A stretch of 64,000 nt of DNA. Origin: Macrostomum lignano. Lineage: Eukaryota. Positions 12,476 to 26,134 of the stretch are shown piece by piece. The notes beneath the pieces are model-generated. The model had not been told where the DNA came from. It made no database searches and saw nothing but the letters and a program-made list of their open reading frames with translations. Location: positions 33,826-97,825 of the forward strand of contig NIVC01003436.1 in assembly GCA_002269645.1 (NCBI GenBank). The letters are read 5' to 3'. Made by a program: the position numbers and the translations under genes. Each line of letters starts with the position of its first letter. The first letter of the stretch is position 1.

Positions 12476-13364
12476 CCCTGTGACTGCTGCTGGAAGCTGG
12501 CTGCAACGAGCTGCCTGTCAGTGCACACATGTCTAAGCTATCTAAATTTCGCCTACTTGTAACTCTGGTGTCAAGGACCGCTAGAATTAACGGTGACTTC
12601 TAGGGGTCCTTGGCTGGTGTTCGAAGAGGGTCTCTTATTTGCTGCTTCCGCACATCCTGCGATTGTTTTTTGACTGATTTGATGCACCGAGCACACAGCA
12701 AAGTTCGGAGAAGGCTACGCATGACCCATTATGGAAATTGAGTTGAGCAATCTTATATATAAGCGAATTGGATTTTTGCGGTTTCTTTGAGCACTTTGAT
12801 TACTTTAGCTCTGCTAAACTGCACAAACTGTGGTAGCAATCCCTGAGTATCGCAGAAACTTTTCCGGTCACTGGCACTGTGCAGCGGATTAGGTTATTAT
12901 AATTAAATGCACTATTAAGCCTAATAGAAACTCGCTACCAAAACTGCAAATCACTTTGTCACGGAAGGGCACTGCCTCGCATCACTATGCACAGCGTTAT
13001 CTTTGCCGCAACCTGGGTGATTCAAAATGTCAGGAATGATGCCAGTGTCTAGCATCGGTGCCATAAGACTGAACTAAACACACTAGTGTACACAGCCTTC
13101 CTTCACATGCAGTCTTAGAAGATTGCGTCCCCTGCGAAAGCACCAGTACTGCTCCAGCAAGGCCTCTTGACTGGCTGGCTGGCTGACAGGCAGCGGGTGA
13201 CTTGAGTTGAGTAACGTAAGAATAAAAGCACTGCTTACTTGAAAGCATGTATTTTATTGATTTTAAAGTGCGCGGGCACGGCTGATTGTCAGCCTTTCGG
13301 ATTTCCAATTCCAAATAAGCCCAATTGATACAGAGCTTTTTTGTCTGTAGCTCACATGATTGCT

Positions 13365-13520
13365 TGTGAAGTGTCCCGCCTGTGAAGTATCGCGTTTGGA
13401 AGTATCCCGCTTGTGAAGTTTGTGGTGCCTGTGAAGTGAATATCGTGTCTGTGAGTATTGTGTTTGTGAAGTATCATGTTTGTGAAGTATCGTGCCTGTG
13501 AAGTATCGTGCCTGTGAAGT
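13365..13520. repeat. ~16-bp degenerate minisatellite (TGTGAAGTATCGTGCC)
   Basis: Repeated TGTGAAGT core. Confidence 0.8.
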
Positions 13521-14020
13521 GCATTTCTATAGTACTTGTCTATAAAACCCAGCTGTAGTTCTTAAGACTTGTATAGTCGTAGACACTGCACGGCATCAAT
13601 AAAACTCACGCATCTTTCCTTCAAACTCCGTCAGTGTTTTTGAGCACAGTCTCAAAACACTTTAAATCCGCTGTATAAAGTAAAGAAGCCAATAGATGTT
13701 TTTAAGCTTCACAAGCTTAAGAGGGAATTCTGGGATTCCAAGGCTTAAGGGGAATTCTACATCTATTAGCATCTACAACAGGGTGGCTACTCGTACTTTG
13801 ACATTACTCAGAGCATGGAGATTGGCATCGAGGTCCAGACTCAATTTCACAAGGCTCACTGAATCGAAAAGGTTCAGAAAGCCAAAGTTTCGAGTAGTTG
13901 AGAGGACTTGAAAATTCTAATTCAAAACTCTTTCAACCCTGCCGAGGAGCTGCAAGATGTGATTCCTACTGACAAAGCTGGCTGCACCTACCAAGCATGG
14001 TCGGGAGTCCTCGTAGGAGA

Positions 14021-14390
14021 TTAAGACATCAAAGACGATGCCGACATCCGGTCTTTCACTGTATGAGTGAAATGGTAGAGCTCCTTGAAGCGCGTCCGAT
14101 TGAGTTTGCTTTGCATGATCCGGCAGTCAGAGGGGCATGGCGTGAAGTCGGGAGCGTTCATCGAGTCCTGCCAACAGTCTACAGAGGGTAGAATAAATAA
14201 AATTCTTCCGGTGCAAGCTATGGGCCATCAATCAATCATAATTAGGATCATATCCGCTTTTCGACCCAGCAAAGTAGCTATGCATGCACCTGTTGTACAT
14301 AGAAGCCACAATGTTTGCAATCTGAATTGACAGTCTGTCTTGAAGTTTTCAAACTCGCTTACCGATATAGGGATTTCAGAAGAATTCTCT
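14021..14390 (-). CDS. Possible small multi-exon gene divergent from the CRAL-TRIO gene; product unknown
   Basis: Minus strand has a strong acceptor (ttttatttattctaccctctgtag) before a 14178..14021 segment reading CWQDSMNAPDFTPCPSDCRIMQSKLNRTRFKELYHFTHTVKDRMS*. A gtaagc donor lies near 14362. No start codon or homology established. Confidence 0.3.
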
Positions 14391-14534
14391 GTTTAAATAT
14401 TTGGCGCATCCTTCAGCCTTCGCTGCATGTCTATGGGCCAAACCGAATTTCCCTCCGAGAAGAGAGACGTCGTTCTCAATATATGATTCAGCCAGAGCAC
14501 CACACTGACAAAGACAATAAGTAACCAAGTCAAG

Positions 14535-14674
14535 ATGTCAGACGGATATCTTTTCGAGAACATCTCAGACGATAACAGTAAGGAAGATGATGAGGCAGCT
14601 GACCAGTCACCAGATCAGCTGACAGTTCAAGACTCTCACAATTTTTTGAAGTCGTCGATTGCTTTGAAGCAGCT

Positions 14675-14724
<50 letters not shown>

Positions 14725-15746
14725 GCTTAAAACAGCAGCTGCAGCAGCAACCGCAGCTGCATCCTCAAGTTCACGTGGTGTCGCGCGGCGCCTCCGAACT
14801 GCTGCACATCTTTGACAGGGAGCTGGTCAAGCGCCTGACGGAGCCAAACAAAGAACTGATCACGGACACGGTCTGCTGCACCTGCTGCGGCCGGAACTTC
14901 GCCCGCGCCTTCACCCTGCAATCGAGTCTTGTCGGCCTGTTCAAACGCCGAGATGAAAAGTGCAGTGAGCGAGAGCGCAAGTTCTTGGTTAACGGAGATC
15001 TGGAAGCCTGGGCCATCGCTGACGCCGATTGCCAGCCGGCTACGGCGCTGGAGCGGCTCGAGGCTATCCGCCGGACCTACCGACGGCTCGGGCTGGGCAA
15101 CATCGAGGTCTGCACCGTCTGCTTGCACAAGCCGGGCTTCCACCTCATCGAGATGGCCGGGTTGGACACTCTGGGCCGGCCGGTTATTTTCTCGTCCTTC
15201 AGCCTGCGCAGCTCCATGGGACTCGCCGTGGCCGATCTGCCCGCCTACCTGGCGCACCTGTTCCACTTGATCATCGCTTGTATCGAGTATGAACTGCTAA
15301 ATTTAGAAATCCGATTTTAGTGATTTTACCGCGAGCGAATTATGTACTTTTCAAATCAGGTTTAAAGCCAATTAGTTGCACGCCGAAATTTTCGGCACCC
15401 AATCTTCTCCAGATATTTGCCGAAAACTCAGCACGGCGTCTGTCTGTTCTTCGACTGCGCCCACCTGAACCCAAGTCACTGCACGGTGGACACCGTGAGC
15501 TCCGTTGCCGAGGTGCTCAAACTGCTGCCCTGCCAGATTGCGTACGCCGTACTCTACCGGCTGCCCTACCTGCTGCGCCGGCTTCTGGTGCCGCTGCTGT
15601 ACCTCACCGGCCTGCAGGACAAGATCGTGTTCCTGACCGACGGCTCCGAGCAGGAAAAGATGCTCAACCGGCTGCGACAGTCGCGGCTCTTCTCGGACGC
15701 GGTGATGACGTATCTGGTGAATAACTGCTTCGACGCTGGGCAATGA
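14535..15746 (+). CDS. CRAL-TRIO (Sec14-like) lipid-binding domain protein with N-terminal polyQ; exons 14535-15286 and 15413-15746 (361 aa)
   Basis: A 126-bp intron (gtatga...tcttctccag) joins the two ORFs in frame (IIACIE/YLPKTQHGVCLFFD). The pattern GLDTLGRPVIF...GVCLFFDCAHL...LLPCQIAYAVLYRLPY...DKIVFL resembles the CRAL-TRIO core. CAA(CAG)15 at 14676-14723. Confidence 0.75.
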
Positions 15747-16551
15747 GCCACTGAGTAAACAGTTGGACTTGTTGGCGCAAGTGACCAAATGCTAAACAGA
15801 GATTTGCGGATAGACATTGGGGAACCGGTTTGCGGATCAGGGCGGGCTCCATAGGAATAGTGAAAATTAAGTTGCGAGAAATGCAAGCGATAGGATAAGA
15901 TCTGAGTAGAGGGTACAGGAGGCCCGCTCCTCAGCAACTGATCCCGATACCGATGACTGCTGATCCGTCAACTCACTGGAAATTGCCGGATTTATTGGTA
16001 CAAAGCGATCCATCACGGCTCGTTGATTCCGCGAATTGGTGAAATCCGAATTTATTATAGGACAAAACTATTCGGTGCCAGCGATTCCGTAAGAGATGCT
16101 TCCTGTTTGAGATTTTATCAAGTACACCAAGTACGATCGTATGACCAGTTTCAATAGTAAAATATGAACAAACAAAACCCCTAATTAATATTTGTTAACT
16201 AGGCAAGTTTTCTTCAGCGCTGTTATTAAACGTCCAGTCTTAAAGCCTATTGTCATTGTGTGTCTACTGTAGAAATAAGGAAGTGAACAGCGTACTCAAG
16301 AAGTCCGGCTGTTGCTACTTGCGAGCAAGTAAACAGATTTTACAAGCCAGGCTAAAGCACTAAAACATGATGAGGTCAACGAGGGCTGTTGTTGATCTGC
16401 TGGCTGCGCATTTTCGTGGGGTATTAATCAGTCAGCGCTGAGTACGGCACTGCATGGCACTCGAACGACATTTGCATAATTTCATTACCCTTACACACTA
16501 TCACTTAGCTCGTATAAAGAATCGAATAGGAAATCCAAACTAATAAAAGAA

Positions 16552-17970
16552 ACTACACTGTAAGTCAGACACTAATAAGAGACACTACACTGTAAGTCAG
16601 ACACTAATAAGAGACACTACACTGTAAGTCAGACACTAATAAGAGACACTACACTGTAAGTCAGACACTAATAAGAGACACTACACTGTAAGTCAGACAC
16701 TAATAAGAGACACTACACTGTAAGTCAGACACTAATAAGAGACACTACACTGTAAGTCAGACACTAATAAGAGACACTACACTGTAAGTCAGACACTAAT
16801 AAGAGACACTACACTCTAAGTCAGACACTAATAAGAGACACTACACTCTAAGTCAGACACTAATAAGAGACACTACACTCTAAGTCAGACACTAATAAGA
16901 GACACTACACTCTAAGTCAGACACTAATAAGAGACACTACACTCTAAGTCAGAATAAGAGACCCTACACTGTAAGTCAGACACTAATAAGAGACACTACA
17001 CTGTAAGTCAGACACTAGTAAGAGACACTACACTCTAAGTCAGAATAAGAGACCCTACACTGTAAGTCAGACACTAATAAGAGACACTACACTGTAAGTC
17101 AGACACTAATAAGAGACACTACACTGTAAGTCAGACACTAATAAGAGACACTACACTGTAAGTCAGACACTAATCAGAGACACTACACTGTAAGTCAGAC
17201 ACTAATAAGAGACACTACACTGTAAGTCAGACACTGATAAGAGACACTACACTGTAAGTCAGACACTAATAAGAGACACTACACTGTAAGTCAGACACTA
17301 ATAAGAGACACTACACTGTAAGTCAGACACTAATAAGAGACACTACACTGTAAGTCAGACACTAATAAGAGACACTACACTGTAAGTCAGACACTAATAA
17401 GAGACACTACACTGTAAGTCAGACACTGATAAGAGACACTACACTGTAAGTCAGACACTAATAAGAGACACTACACTGTAAGTCAGACACTAATAAGAGA
17501 CACTACACTGTAAGTCAGACACTAATAAGAGACACTACACTGTAAGTCAGACACTAATAAGAGACACTACACTGTAAGTCAGACACTAATCAGAGACACT
17601 ACACTGTAAGTCAGACACTAATAAGAGACACTACACTGTAAGTCAGACACTGATAAGAGACACTACACTGTAAGTCAGACACTAATAAGAGACACTACAC
17701 TGTAAGTCAGACACTAATAAGAGACACTACACTGTAAGTCAGACACTAATAAGAGACACTACACTGTAAGTCAGACACTAATAAGAGACACTACACTGTA
17801 AGTCAGACACTAATAAGAGACACTACACTGTAAGTCAGACACTAATAAGAGACACTACACTCTAAGTCAGACACTAATAAGAGACACTACACTGTAAGTC
17901 AGACACTAATAAGAGACACTACACTGTAAGTCAGACACTAATAAGAGACACTACACTGTAAGTCAGACAC
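16552..17970. repeat. 32-bp minisatellite (GACACTACACTGTAAGTCAGACACTAATAAGA), about 44 copies
   Basis: Highly homogeneous head-to-tail units with no spacers. Confidence 0.98.
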
Positions 17971-18904
17971 AAATAATACTAATCCAGAATATATTTTTAG
18001 AGCTCCATGCACAACAATAATCACTGTCATATCAGCGGTGAGGCAAAGAGCCTGCCGGGTTTATTAACAACTCCCTGCCTTGCCTCCGCATCAGCTGCAC
18101 CGCGGACCCAAAGGATGGGCGTAGGTCGTAAAAATTGAATTGAATTGCCAGCAGCATCTCATAGGGGCGGCGGCTACTGCAGGTTGCTGGGTGGAAGAGG
18201 AGGTTTGCATTCGACTGAAAAATAATAGCTGAGAACGCGGAGTTTTTTATTCCCTCAGGCGCAAGCCGGTGCAATCCCACGGCTGTATCAATATAATTAC
18301 GTCAGCTTCCACGCATCAAAGCAAAGTTTTTTAGCCAGAGAGATGGGCGGGTCCGCCAAGTGTAGCTCACTCCGATATAAAGTACAACTGCATTACTATT
18401 GTACTACAGACAATCCTACATGTATTTATTTCGCCAATGATTGCACAGACAGCACAGGATAATTGTATGCTTGCAGATAAAGATTTTCCGATAATTTTCA
18501 TATCGTAACGATTAATTGAGATGGGCGAGCTTGGGAATGAGTTGTCTGCAGTATAAGCAGATCTAGGCTCTGCACTGCATACTGCTGAGCCAGGCAGTGA
18601 CCTGGCGGAATGAGTATTGACTTCCGACTCCTGACTCAAATCATGCCGAGATCATATGGCTCAGTTTCTTCTCAAACTCAGCAACACGTTTCAACTGTTT
18701 TCTGATCTCAGACCACAAGGGATGCAATTCACAACATTACGCCTGCAGTTCTTGGCTCAACTATGGGTGATGCAAGTTCCGAGGCCCCCAGCATAGGCTG
18801 GTGAGGAAAAAGTGGAGAGTTATGGCTCATTTTGCTTCGAGCTGGCACTTGTTGACTGCTGGTTTCGGGGTGGAAACTTTACAAGTTGCTGAGTGCATGT
18901 TGGC

Positions 18905-20240
18905 GAGGTTTTCAGCGTCACAAGGCGCGCCTCAAGGTCAGGTCGCGAATGAACGCCACGCCGCCGGCCATATCCGGGGCGCCGGCGTCTGCAGCCAGCA
19001 GGCAGTCGACGAAACGGCGAGTGCGGGCCTGCCCCTTCCAGTAGGGTGCCTGCAGCGTCAGCAGCAGCACCTTCTGCACCGGTTGTGGGCAGTACTACTC
19101 GGCGCGGATGATGTGGCCTGCCAGCTGGAGTCGCCGACGGCGGAACACATCGCTTGGACGGACGAGGCCGGCGCGGCGATACAAAGCCGCGTTGGTCACT
19201 TGCTCGTAGCCGATCTTGAAGGCGGCGCGCAGCAGGCCAGCATGCGCCGCGTCAACTTGTTGCTAGAGTGGCTCCGTCAGCGTCCAGGTCTCGGCGTTGT
19301 ACAGCAGGACGGTCTCGATCACTGCCTGGAACAACGCCGCCCTCTGGCGGTCATGTAAGGCCTCAGACTGCAGGACTGCCCTCACAGAACGAAAGGAGCT
19401 CACAGGCAAGCACGCGGCGACACCGCAAATCCTCGCGGACACCGGGAACCAGACCGCCGAGGTAGACGAACTGCTGACAACGCGGAAGCTCTGCTGTCTC
19501 TCTATCAGCGCCTCGGCACAAAATCGCAGCCTCGATGTCGTCCGGCACGCAGAGCACGACGATTTTCTGCGTGTTGGCAACTAGGCCGACACTCGCCGCA
19601 ACAGCAACTAGCTTTTCCAGCTGTCGCTGGGCAGCCTCGACAGTTGAAGACGACAGTGCGAGATCGTTGGCGTAGCCAAGCACGCTGAGCCGTCTCTCCG
19701 GTTTACGTCGACCCACGCGCTGCCGCAACAGAAAGCCGTGGTCGTAGGTAGGAATAGCGGTCTTCAGCACCCAGTCAAGCACCAGAACGAACAGAAACGG
19801 CGCAAGCGTATCTCCTTGAAGCACCCCGGAGGATGTCTCAAAGAAGTCCGATAGGCGGTACATCACCATGATTGCGGAAATCAGATGCTCTGGCACGCGT
19901 TGTACGCACGGAGCACCTTTGGGAGCACAGAGCTGATGACCGAGTCGAATGCCTTCTTGAAATCTATGAAGATTACAATTAGGATCGACTGGCGTGTCCG
20001 CGCCTCCTAGATGACTCACCGAAGAGCCAGGATCTGCGTCAATGTGCCGCGATGGGGCCGAAGTCGTTCTGCTCAGGACGCACGTACGGATCGAGCACGG
20101 GCTGCAACCGCGATAGCAGCATCGCAGCGCAGGACTGAAGGCAGATACCTCGATGCTCCTCAAGCCTTGTGGTGCCCGGCTTCTTAGGAATTGTGACGAT
20201 GTGCGTCTTAAAAAGATCGTCATTGTCATGCACTTCACCG
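18905..20240 (-). mobile_element. Decayed RTE-like non-LTR retrotransposon, RT domain through 3' end
   Basis: Minus-strand fragments HIVTIPKKPG...HRGICLQS, TSSGVLQGDTLAPFLF, LGYANDLAL (YADD changed to YAND), FVYLGG, VLLYNAETWTLT, split by frameshifts. Clearly homologous at DNA level to 2666-3456. Confidence 0.9.
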
Positions 20241-21728
20241 TTTTGCTTTCGAATTCGAAAAAATGAGCCTTCAATTTTGATACTTCGCAGGGAAAAACGA
20301 TACTACAATCAATTCTGACAAAATCCATTCTAGTGTAATGCACGAGCCGAACCTTCATGATTCAGTTGCCTGAATTGTATATATTTATATTCATTGTATA
20401 TTCATCACCTTTTCTCCTTTTCCTTATTCTAATTTTTGCAAGCTGAAATTGATAAATTATAAATTTTAGTTATTCGTTTTTCATGGTTAGGGTGCATAAT
20501 AATGCTTTCCAATACGAGTACATGTATAAATTCGTGAAGTTTGTCATCTCTGATTAAGTCACTTTATACACATACAAAAGTACATCGTAGACTTTTCGAG
20601 TTCAAGTTGGCGCGGTTTTGCAACAACAAGATATAAAATATGGTAGCAATCCCCAAAAAAGCTTTATTTTCAGGAGATCCAGGTTTCTATGCTTTTCTAC
20701 TCGTAGTGCAGATTTTTCTTAACCGATCGAATTTGTCTATTTAATTACGTACATGCAGTACAAACTCTTTTGATCACGCAATTTGATCCCTTATTCTACT
20801 GATCAAGTCGTTCCTAAGGGGATGCAATAGATTGAAAAAATGCCAAGATTCTGTAGTAGATTTTGTTTAATATGCATTCGAGCCATTCGAAATGCATTTG
20901 CAGCGATTATAATTGCGTTCTCTATCTAACTAAGTATAATTCATTTTCTGAGACACTCAACCAGAAAAATGCAAGTGCAATTTCTTGTTCTTATCAAGCT
21001 ATACGTATATGTATTGTAATACAAGGAATGCTGAGCTGATTTTTTATATAACATTATAAAAAGTGTGCACGCAGATATTTCAGTCAGTTTAATCACCGTT
21101 ACAAGCTTTGCTGCTTAAATTTTGAATCGTCATTTCAAGCGGCTTGCTTGCAACGTGCGCATGAATCCCACTGGCTGTAATGCATGGATTGTAACTCAAC
21201 ATTTAGAAAATCGACAGGAACCAGAAGCGCCTGTGCAAATAAACACCTGTATCAGTTGCTTATGCTGAAACCTACGCAGAAAGTTGAATTTGAAGCGAGC
21301 ATCGGGACAAATGCTGCTTTGTTTTATAGATACGAGTGCGTGTAGATCGCTGTTTATACTCAACTGCACCTGCACCCCGAGGAGACCGGCGGGTTTATTC
21401 CCTGAGCTTTTGCCACATTCCTATTCAAGTACTGATTCAACGACCGCTGGGGTATCAAATTGTAAGAGGAAAGCAAAAGTGCTAGTACAATATGTAGCAC
21501 TTAAATTATCGACTACTAAATCACGCTCGTACTACGTTACCACCACCACTACGGGTCCTAGTGCTTTTAATTGTAATTTTAAGTTAAGTTCTAATTATTG
21601 AATGGCAATAGTCAAGAAGAGAGTGAAAAATCGTCCAAAGTGAGGCTGTTAAGACTGTCAAACATTCAACCAAGGTAAATAGTTATACTGCTTTTTTCTT
21701 GGCAGATCCGAACCAATTCTATATAGTT

Positions 21729-24700
21729 GGGTGATTCTCATCGAGAGGTTTCGGAGGTTTTGAGGTTTTTCAGAGGTTTCATTTCGAACAAATATTTTTG
21801 CACAAAACTTTTAATACTGTAAAAAAATTGAAATCTTACTGAAATTTACTAATGAATACAAATTTTCTTTAGAAAATAGCTCGGAGGTTTTGGATTCTTT
21901 TTAATTTTGCTTCTGATAGGCACGCGCGGAAATTATTTAACTGTTTTTATGCGAAGTGGTAGTCAACGACACATTTTATGCCATGCCATTTTCATTGTTT
22001 CCTTTTCATTTTATAAGTGCAAAGTTGCGAATAGTCTCAAGTGTGTGTTGTTCCCTTTGAATGCATATTCGCAACTATCCTAATTTGTACTAGACCTGTC
22101 CATGTAATTAAAAACAGACACTATTTACCAATACGAATTTCATATTGTTTTTGACTTGGTCTTAAGAAAGCTATCAATTTTTAAGCCAGACTAACTAAAT
22201 TAAGACTAACAAGACCAAGTCAGTATTTTTTCATCAAGTCAGTATCAGTCGCTATTTAATATAGATTGTTAGTCTAACTAACTAAAGGCCCTAAGTATTT
22301 TACTAGGCATCTATATTGTAAAATATATTTATTTTATTTCACTTATTTGATATTCTTTTTTATTTTACATCCAATATACTAAAAATTTTATTTTTCTATT
22401 TTATAGTATTTATTATTTTTACATCATCATCCTAAATTCTAACACATGATGCACATAAGATAAAAATTTATTACCTAAGCCTCTAATACTAGTATTCTCT
22501 ACACAAAGCTTTAAAAATGGCAATTTTTTATTTTATTGCTTTACCTCTACCTATAAAATTGAAAGCTCTAATGATCTGAAATGTTTATGCTTTTATTTTA
22601 AATATAATTCATTAATAGCTTTATATTCAGTTATAATTTAAGTTGATATAGTCGAGTACAATTTCTATTACTCTTATACATTAGTAACTTGCTTTAGTTT
22701 TTGTCTTTTTATGCAAATATTCAAAGTAAATAGTAGCTTGTACTTATGTATGTCTAGTTATCACATTTTTATTCAATTTTTAATAAAAATATTTGTTTTA
22801 ATATTAAACAAATATACTCTCTTATCATCCACAGTAGTTATCATGCCAATGAAATGCATGGTGCCAACCATGTTGGGGAGAAGGCTCTAAATCTTTAGAT
22901 TTTCTTGTGATGTTAAGTACTTACACTAGACCCATATACTAAAATGTAAGACTAACATTGTATTTCTCAATCATGCCATCTTTCCAGAACCCATCAAACT
23001 ATGGAAATTTGTGCAAAGCAATGGCCTACTAAAATACCATTGCTCATGATGATATGCTTCTAGAAGTCGCGGTTGGCGCAATATGCTTTTGGCGCGGCTC
23101 GACTTCAGCGTTTTTGCTCATCATTGCATCACTCAAGTCCCATTGTCACATTTTTGGGCTTCCAGCATCAAAAATCAACTGGTTCGATAGTCTCAATTGG
23201 AGGCCATGAAAAGCAATGTCAGACATGCTGGTGCCAATCTTGGAGAGGAATTTGCAGCCCACCTGATTGCCCTGTGGGAATTTTGCCAAGGGAACTCACA
23301 CGAATCATTTTTGTCCAGCAGCAGCAGCCGAGTGTTACTGATCCAAATGGAACTCACTACAACTGACATAATGCAACTGCCCAATAGTACTTTGCTGGCA
23401 GTAGCGGAAACCGCGCACTGAGAAGCATCGCCCATGTTCCTCACCCTACAATATTGAGGTCTCGATCACGTCGGTGGTCTTGACAATATAGGATGCAATC
23501 TTCATAGACATGCCATTGAACCTGGAATGCTATGCTGCATCTCAAAAGGCTGGCTAACATTTTTTCAAGGGTTTAGTGCGGCGAGACTCCAAGTCTGATA
23601 GATAATCCAATGTCAGCCAGCATGCGTCAACTGCGCAAGCTTGATCCAAGCAAATGAGCTTCACAGTAGTTGCCAATCGGTCTTGCCTTATTTTTTAAGC
23701 CTTACATTTGTAAAACATCGAACATTGCAAGAATGCATTTCAAAAAACAAAGAAGGAACGTTTTGTATTTTCTCTATCAGTAATGTATATTTATCCATAC
23801 ATTGCTGTTACATTGCCTAAATACACTATATTATAAATATTCTTTGAGAGTCAAATCAAAATAGTTTAAAAGTTCACATTTCAGATCTGTACATGAGAGA
23901 ATATAAGTCTTGTCTTTATTTACTCAGATGAAAGTGAAGTTCTTAACTTTGGGAGTTAATGCGCATATGAAAGACGATGCCTGCAAAAACGAAGGCTGTA
24001 GCGCGTCATGCAGCCAGCAAGCAGTTGAAGAACTTCAGTCACTCATCTCGAAGGTAGTGCGCAGTAGATTAGCCCCTAGGCTATCGGTTATGTCATCTGG
24101 TGGTTAGTAGCTAGAGCACAGCCATATTCTGTATGCTGACAACCAAACCAATTGCCACCACAAAAGCAACCAGCCTGCCAAAGCTCTAAGGGTGGCGAGC
24201 TAGGTTGCACTGAGTCGCAACATAAGTGGGTATAGGACATGGAATGCCATAATGCCTGTTATTAGATTAGACAAACATGAAGCATTGTTGGCCTGTACAG
24301 GCTCAGAATGCAGGCAGGAGACCAGGCAAGCGGTAGTTCAGGCATGGTATTGGCAGCTGAAACAAAGCATGTTGAAATAAAGGGTATTGATTACTTTCAT
24401 CTATAACTTTTCATAAACAATCAATTTCAAAAGTCAATATTATTTGACATAATGATTTTCCTAAACATTTATTCTTGCAATCTTTAAAGATGCCAATACA
24501 TTTATATTGAAGAAATTATATTATTTTAAAATAAACAATGCCAAAAATGTGTCCAATGACTTTTTAGTTTTAACTCTAGTAAATGTATTGGTATCAGCTA
24601 TCAAGTTTATTGCTCAACATAGATTTTTAGCATCAAACAAAGGTGGTGCATTACATGTACAAAGTCTTACTGCACTGCAAGCATTTTGTTTGTATAAGAA

Positions 24701-25422
24701 CTAACTCTAACGTGTTAGAGCTTTTGTCAGCAGTAACAGTTGTGCAACTAGTGTTATTTATGAAAGAAAAGCTAATAGCTTTTAGTAATTGAAATTAATT
24801 TTATGATTAAAAGTAAAATGCTCTGCTTTAAGTAATTAAAAGTAAAATCCATACTTGTAATTCCAGGCCCTCAGTTATTTATAAAAAAAACATTGAGACA
24901 ACAATAATTCTGCTATTTACTTCTGTGAGGCAGTATGTCATAACATAACATAACATCACATCAATGTTATAACACAATTCGAATGCAAAATGGTATGCAG
25001 CAGCAGCAGCACTCAAAACTAAAAACGGGAAACGGATGAAACAGCTGTCTATATGTTTTCAGTATATTTCAAGCAGCGCCTTCAAGTCTAATATTTTTTT
25101 TATTTACGCACCTTGAATGTAAATGCCAATGGCAACGATGATATTACCAGTGTGTTGTGTTGCGTAGTTTTTAAAAAAACCACTTTCTAAGCATGAAAAT
25201 AGTTGCCTAAGTTAAATAATTTCCGCGCGTGCCTATCAAAAGCAAAAGTAAAAAGAATCCAAAACCTCCAAGCTATTTTCTGAAGAAAATTTGTATTCAT
25301 TAGTAAATTTCAGTAAGATTTCAATTTTTGTACAGTATTAAAGTTTTTGTGCAAAAATATTTGTTCGAAATGAAACCTCTGAAAACCTCAAAACCTCCGA
25401 AACCTCTCGATGAGAATCACCC
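21729..25422. mobile_element. Mutator-like (MULE) DNA transposon, non-autonomous or decayed, about 3.7 kb
   Basis: About 213-bp terminal inverted repeats (21729-21942 vs 25210-25422) starting GGGTGATTCTCATCGAGAGG. Exact 9-bp TSD TATATAGTT at 21720-21728 and 25423-25431. Long TIRs plus a 9-bp TSD are MULE hallmarks. No intact transposase found. Confidence 0.85.
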
Positions 25423-25436
25423 TATATAGTTCTGGT

Positions 25437-26134
25437 CAAGGACGACTTAAGTAGAAGGACGGGAAACCTCGTTTCTTAGAAAAGTTTTGAAGGCACTTTT
25501 TCCCGAAAAAATACACTACGGAGATAGGAAGTTTTCATTTTTTCAGCACAAAAATTGTTATTGCGTTTGATAGGAGGCAGATCCAGTGTTCATCTTTTGA
25601 TATGTTGTACCTTTTTTATTGCTCTATCGATATTAATAAAGCTTTTCGTTCAGAAAATGAGGATTCTATGTTAATTTTTTATTCTACGTATATTTTCGCG
25701 TGTTTTGTGCTTGAAATACATTAGAATGCCACGGCTCGGCTCTTTAGCTTCATGAGTCTTTTTTATAATTCTTACCCGACTGTGTAGCAAATATTTGTAA
25801 CAGAGATGATAAAATAGGTTCATAAAACCAAATATTGGAGCTGTGTCATGCATTTTTGTGATTTTTAGATACAGGAAATATACGTAGAATAAAAAATTAA
25901 CATAGAATCCTAATTTTCTGAACGAAAAGCTTTAAAAATATCGATAGAGCAATAAAAAAGGCACAACATATCAAAAGATGAACACTGGATCTGCCTCCTA
26001 TCAAACGCAATAACAATTTTTGTGCTGAAAAAATGAAAACTTTCTATCTCCGTAGTGTATTTTTTCGGGAAAAAGTGCCTTCAAAACTTTTCTAAGAAAC
26101 GAGGTTTCCCGTCCTTCTACTTAAGTCGTCCTTG
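25437..26134. mobile_element. 698-bp MITE with ~255-bp TIRs, CAAGG termini and 8-bp TSD (P-superfamily-like)
   Basis: CAAGGACGACTTAAGTAG...CTACTTAAGTCGTCCTTG. TSD GTTCTGGT at 25429-25436 and 26135-26142. CANRG ends with an 8-bp TSD fit P-like elements; hAT not excluded. Confidence 0.85.

Noticed and set aside
16552-17970. CRISPR-like regular 32-bp repeat
   Set aside because: Units are head-to-tail with no unique spacers, there are no cas genes, and the context is eukaryotic. The same applies to all other arrays here.
21675-21705. 31-nt GT-AG mini-intron next to the MULE insertion site
   Set aside because: Very short, and the flanking frames give no supportable gene.
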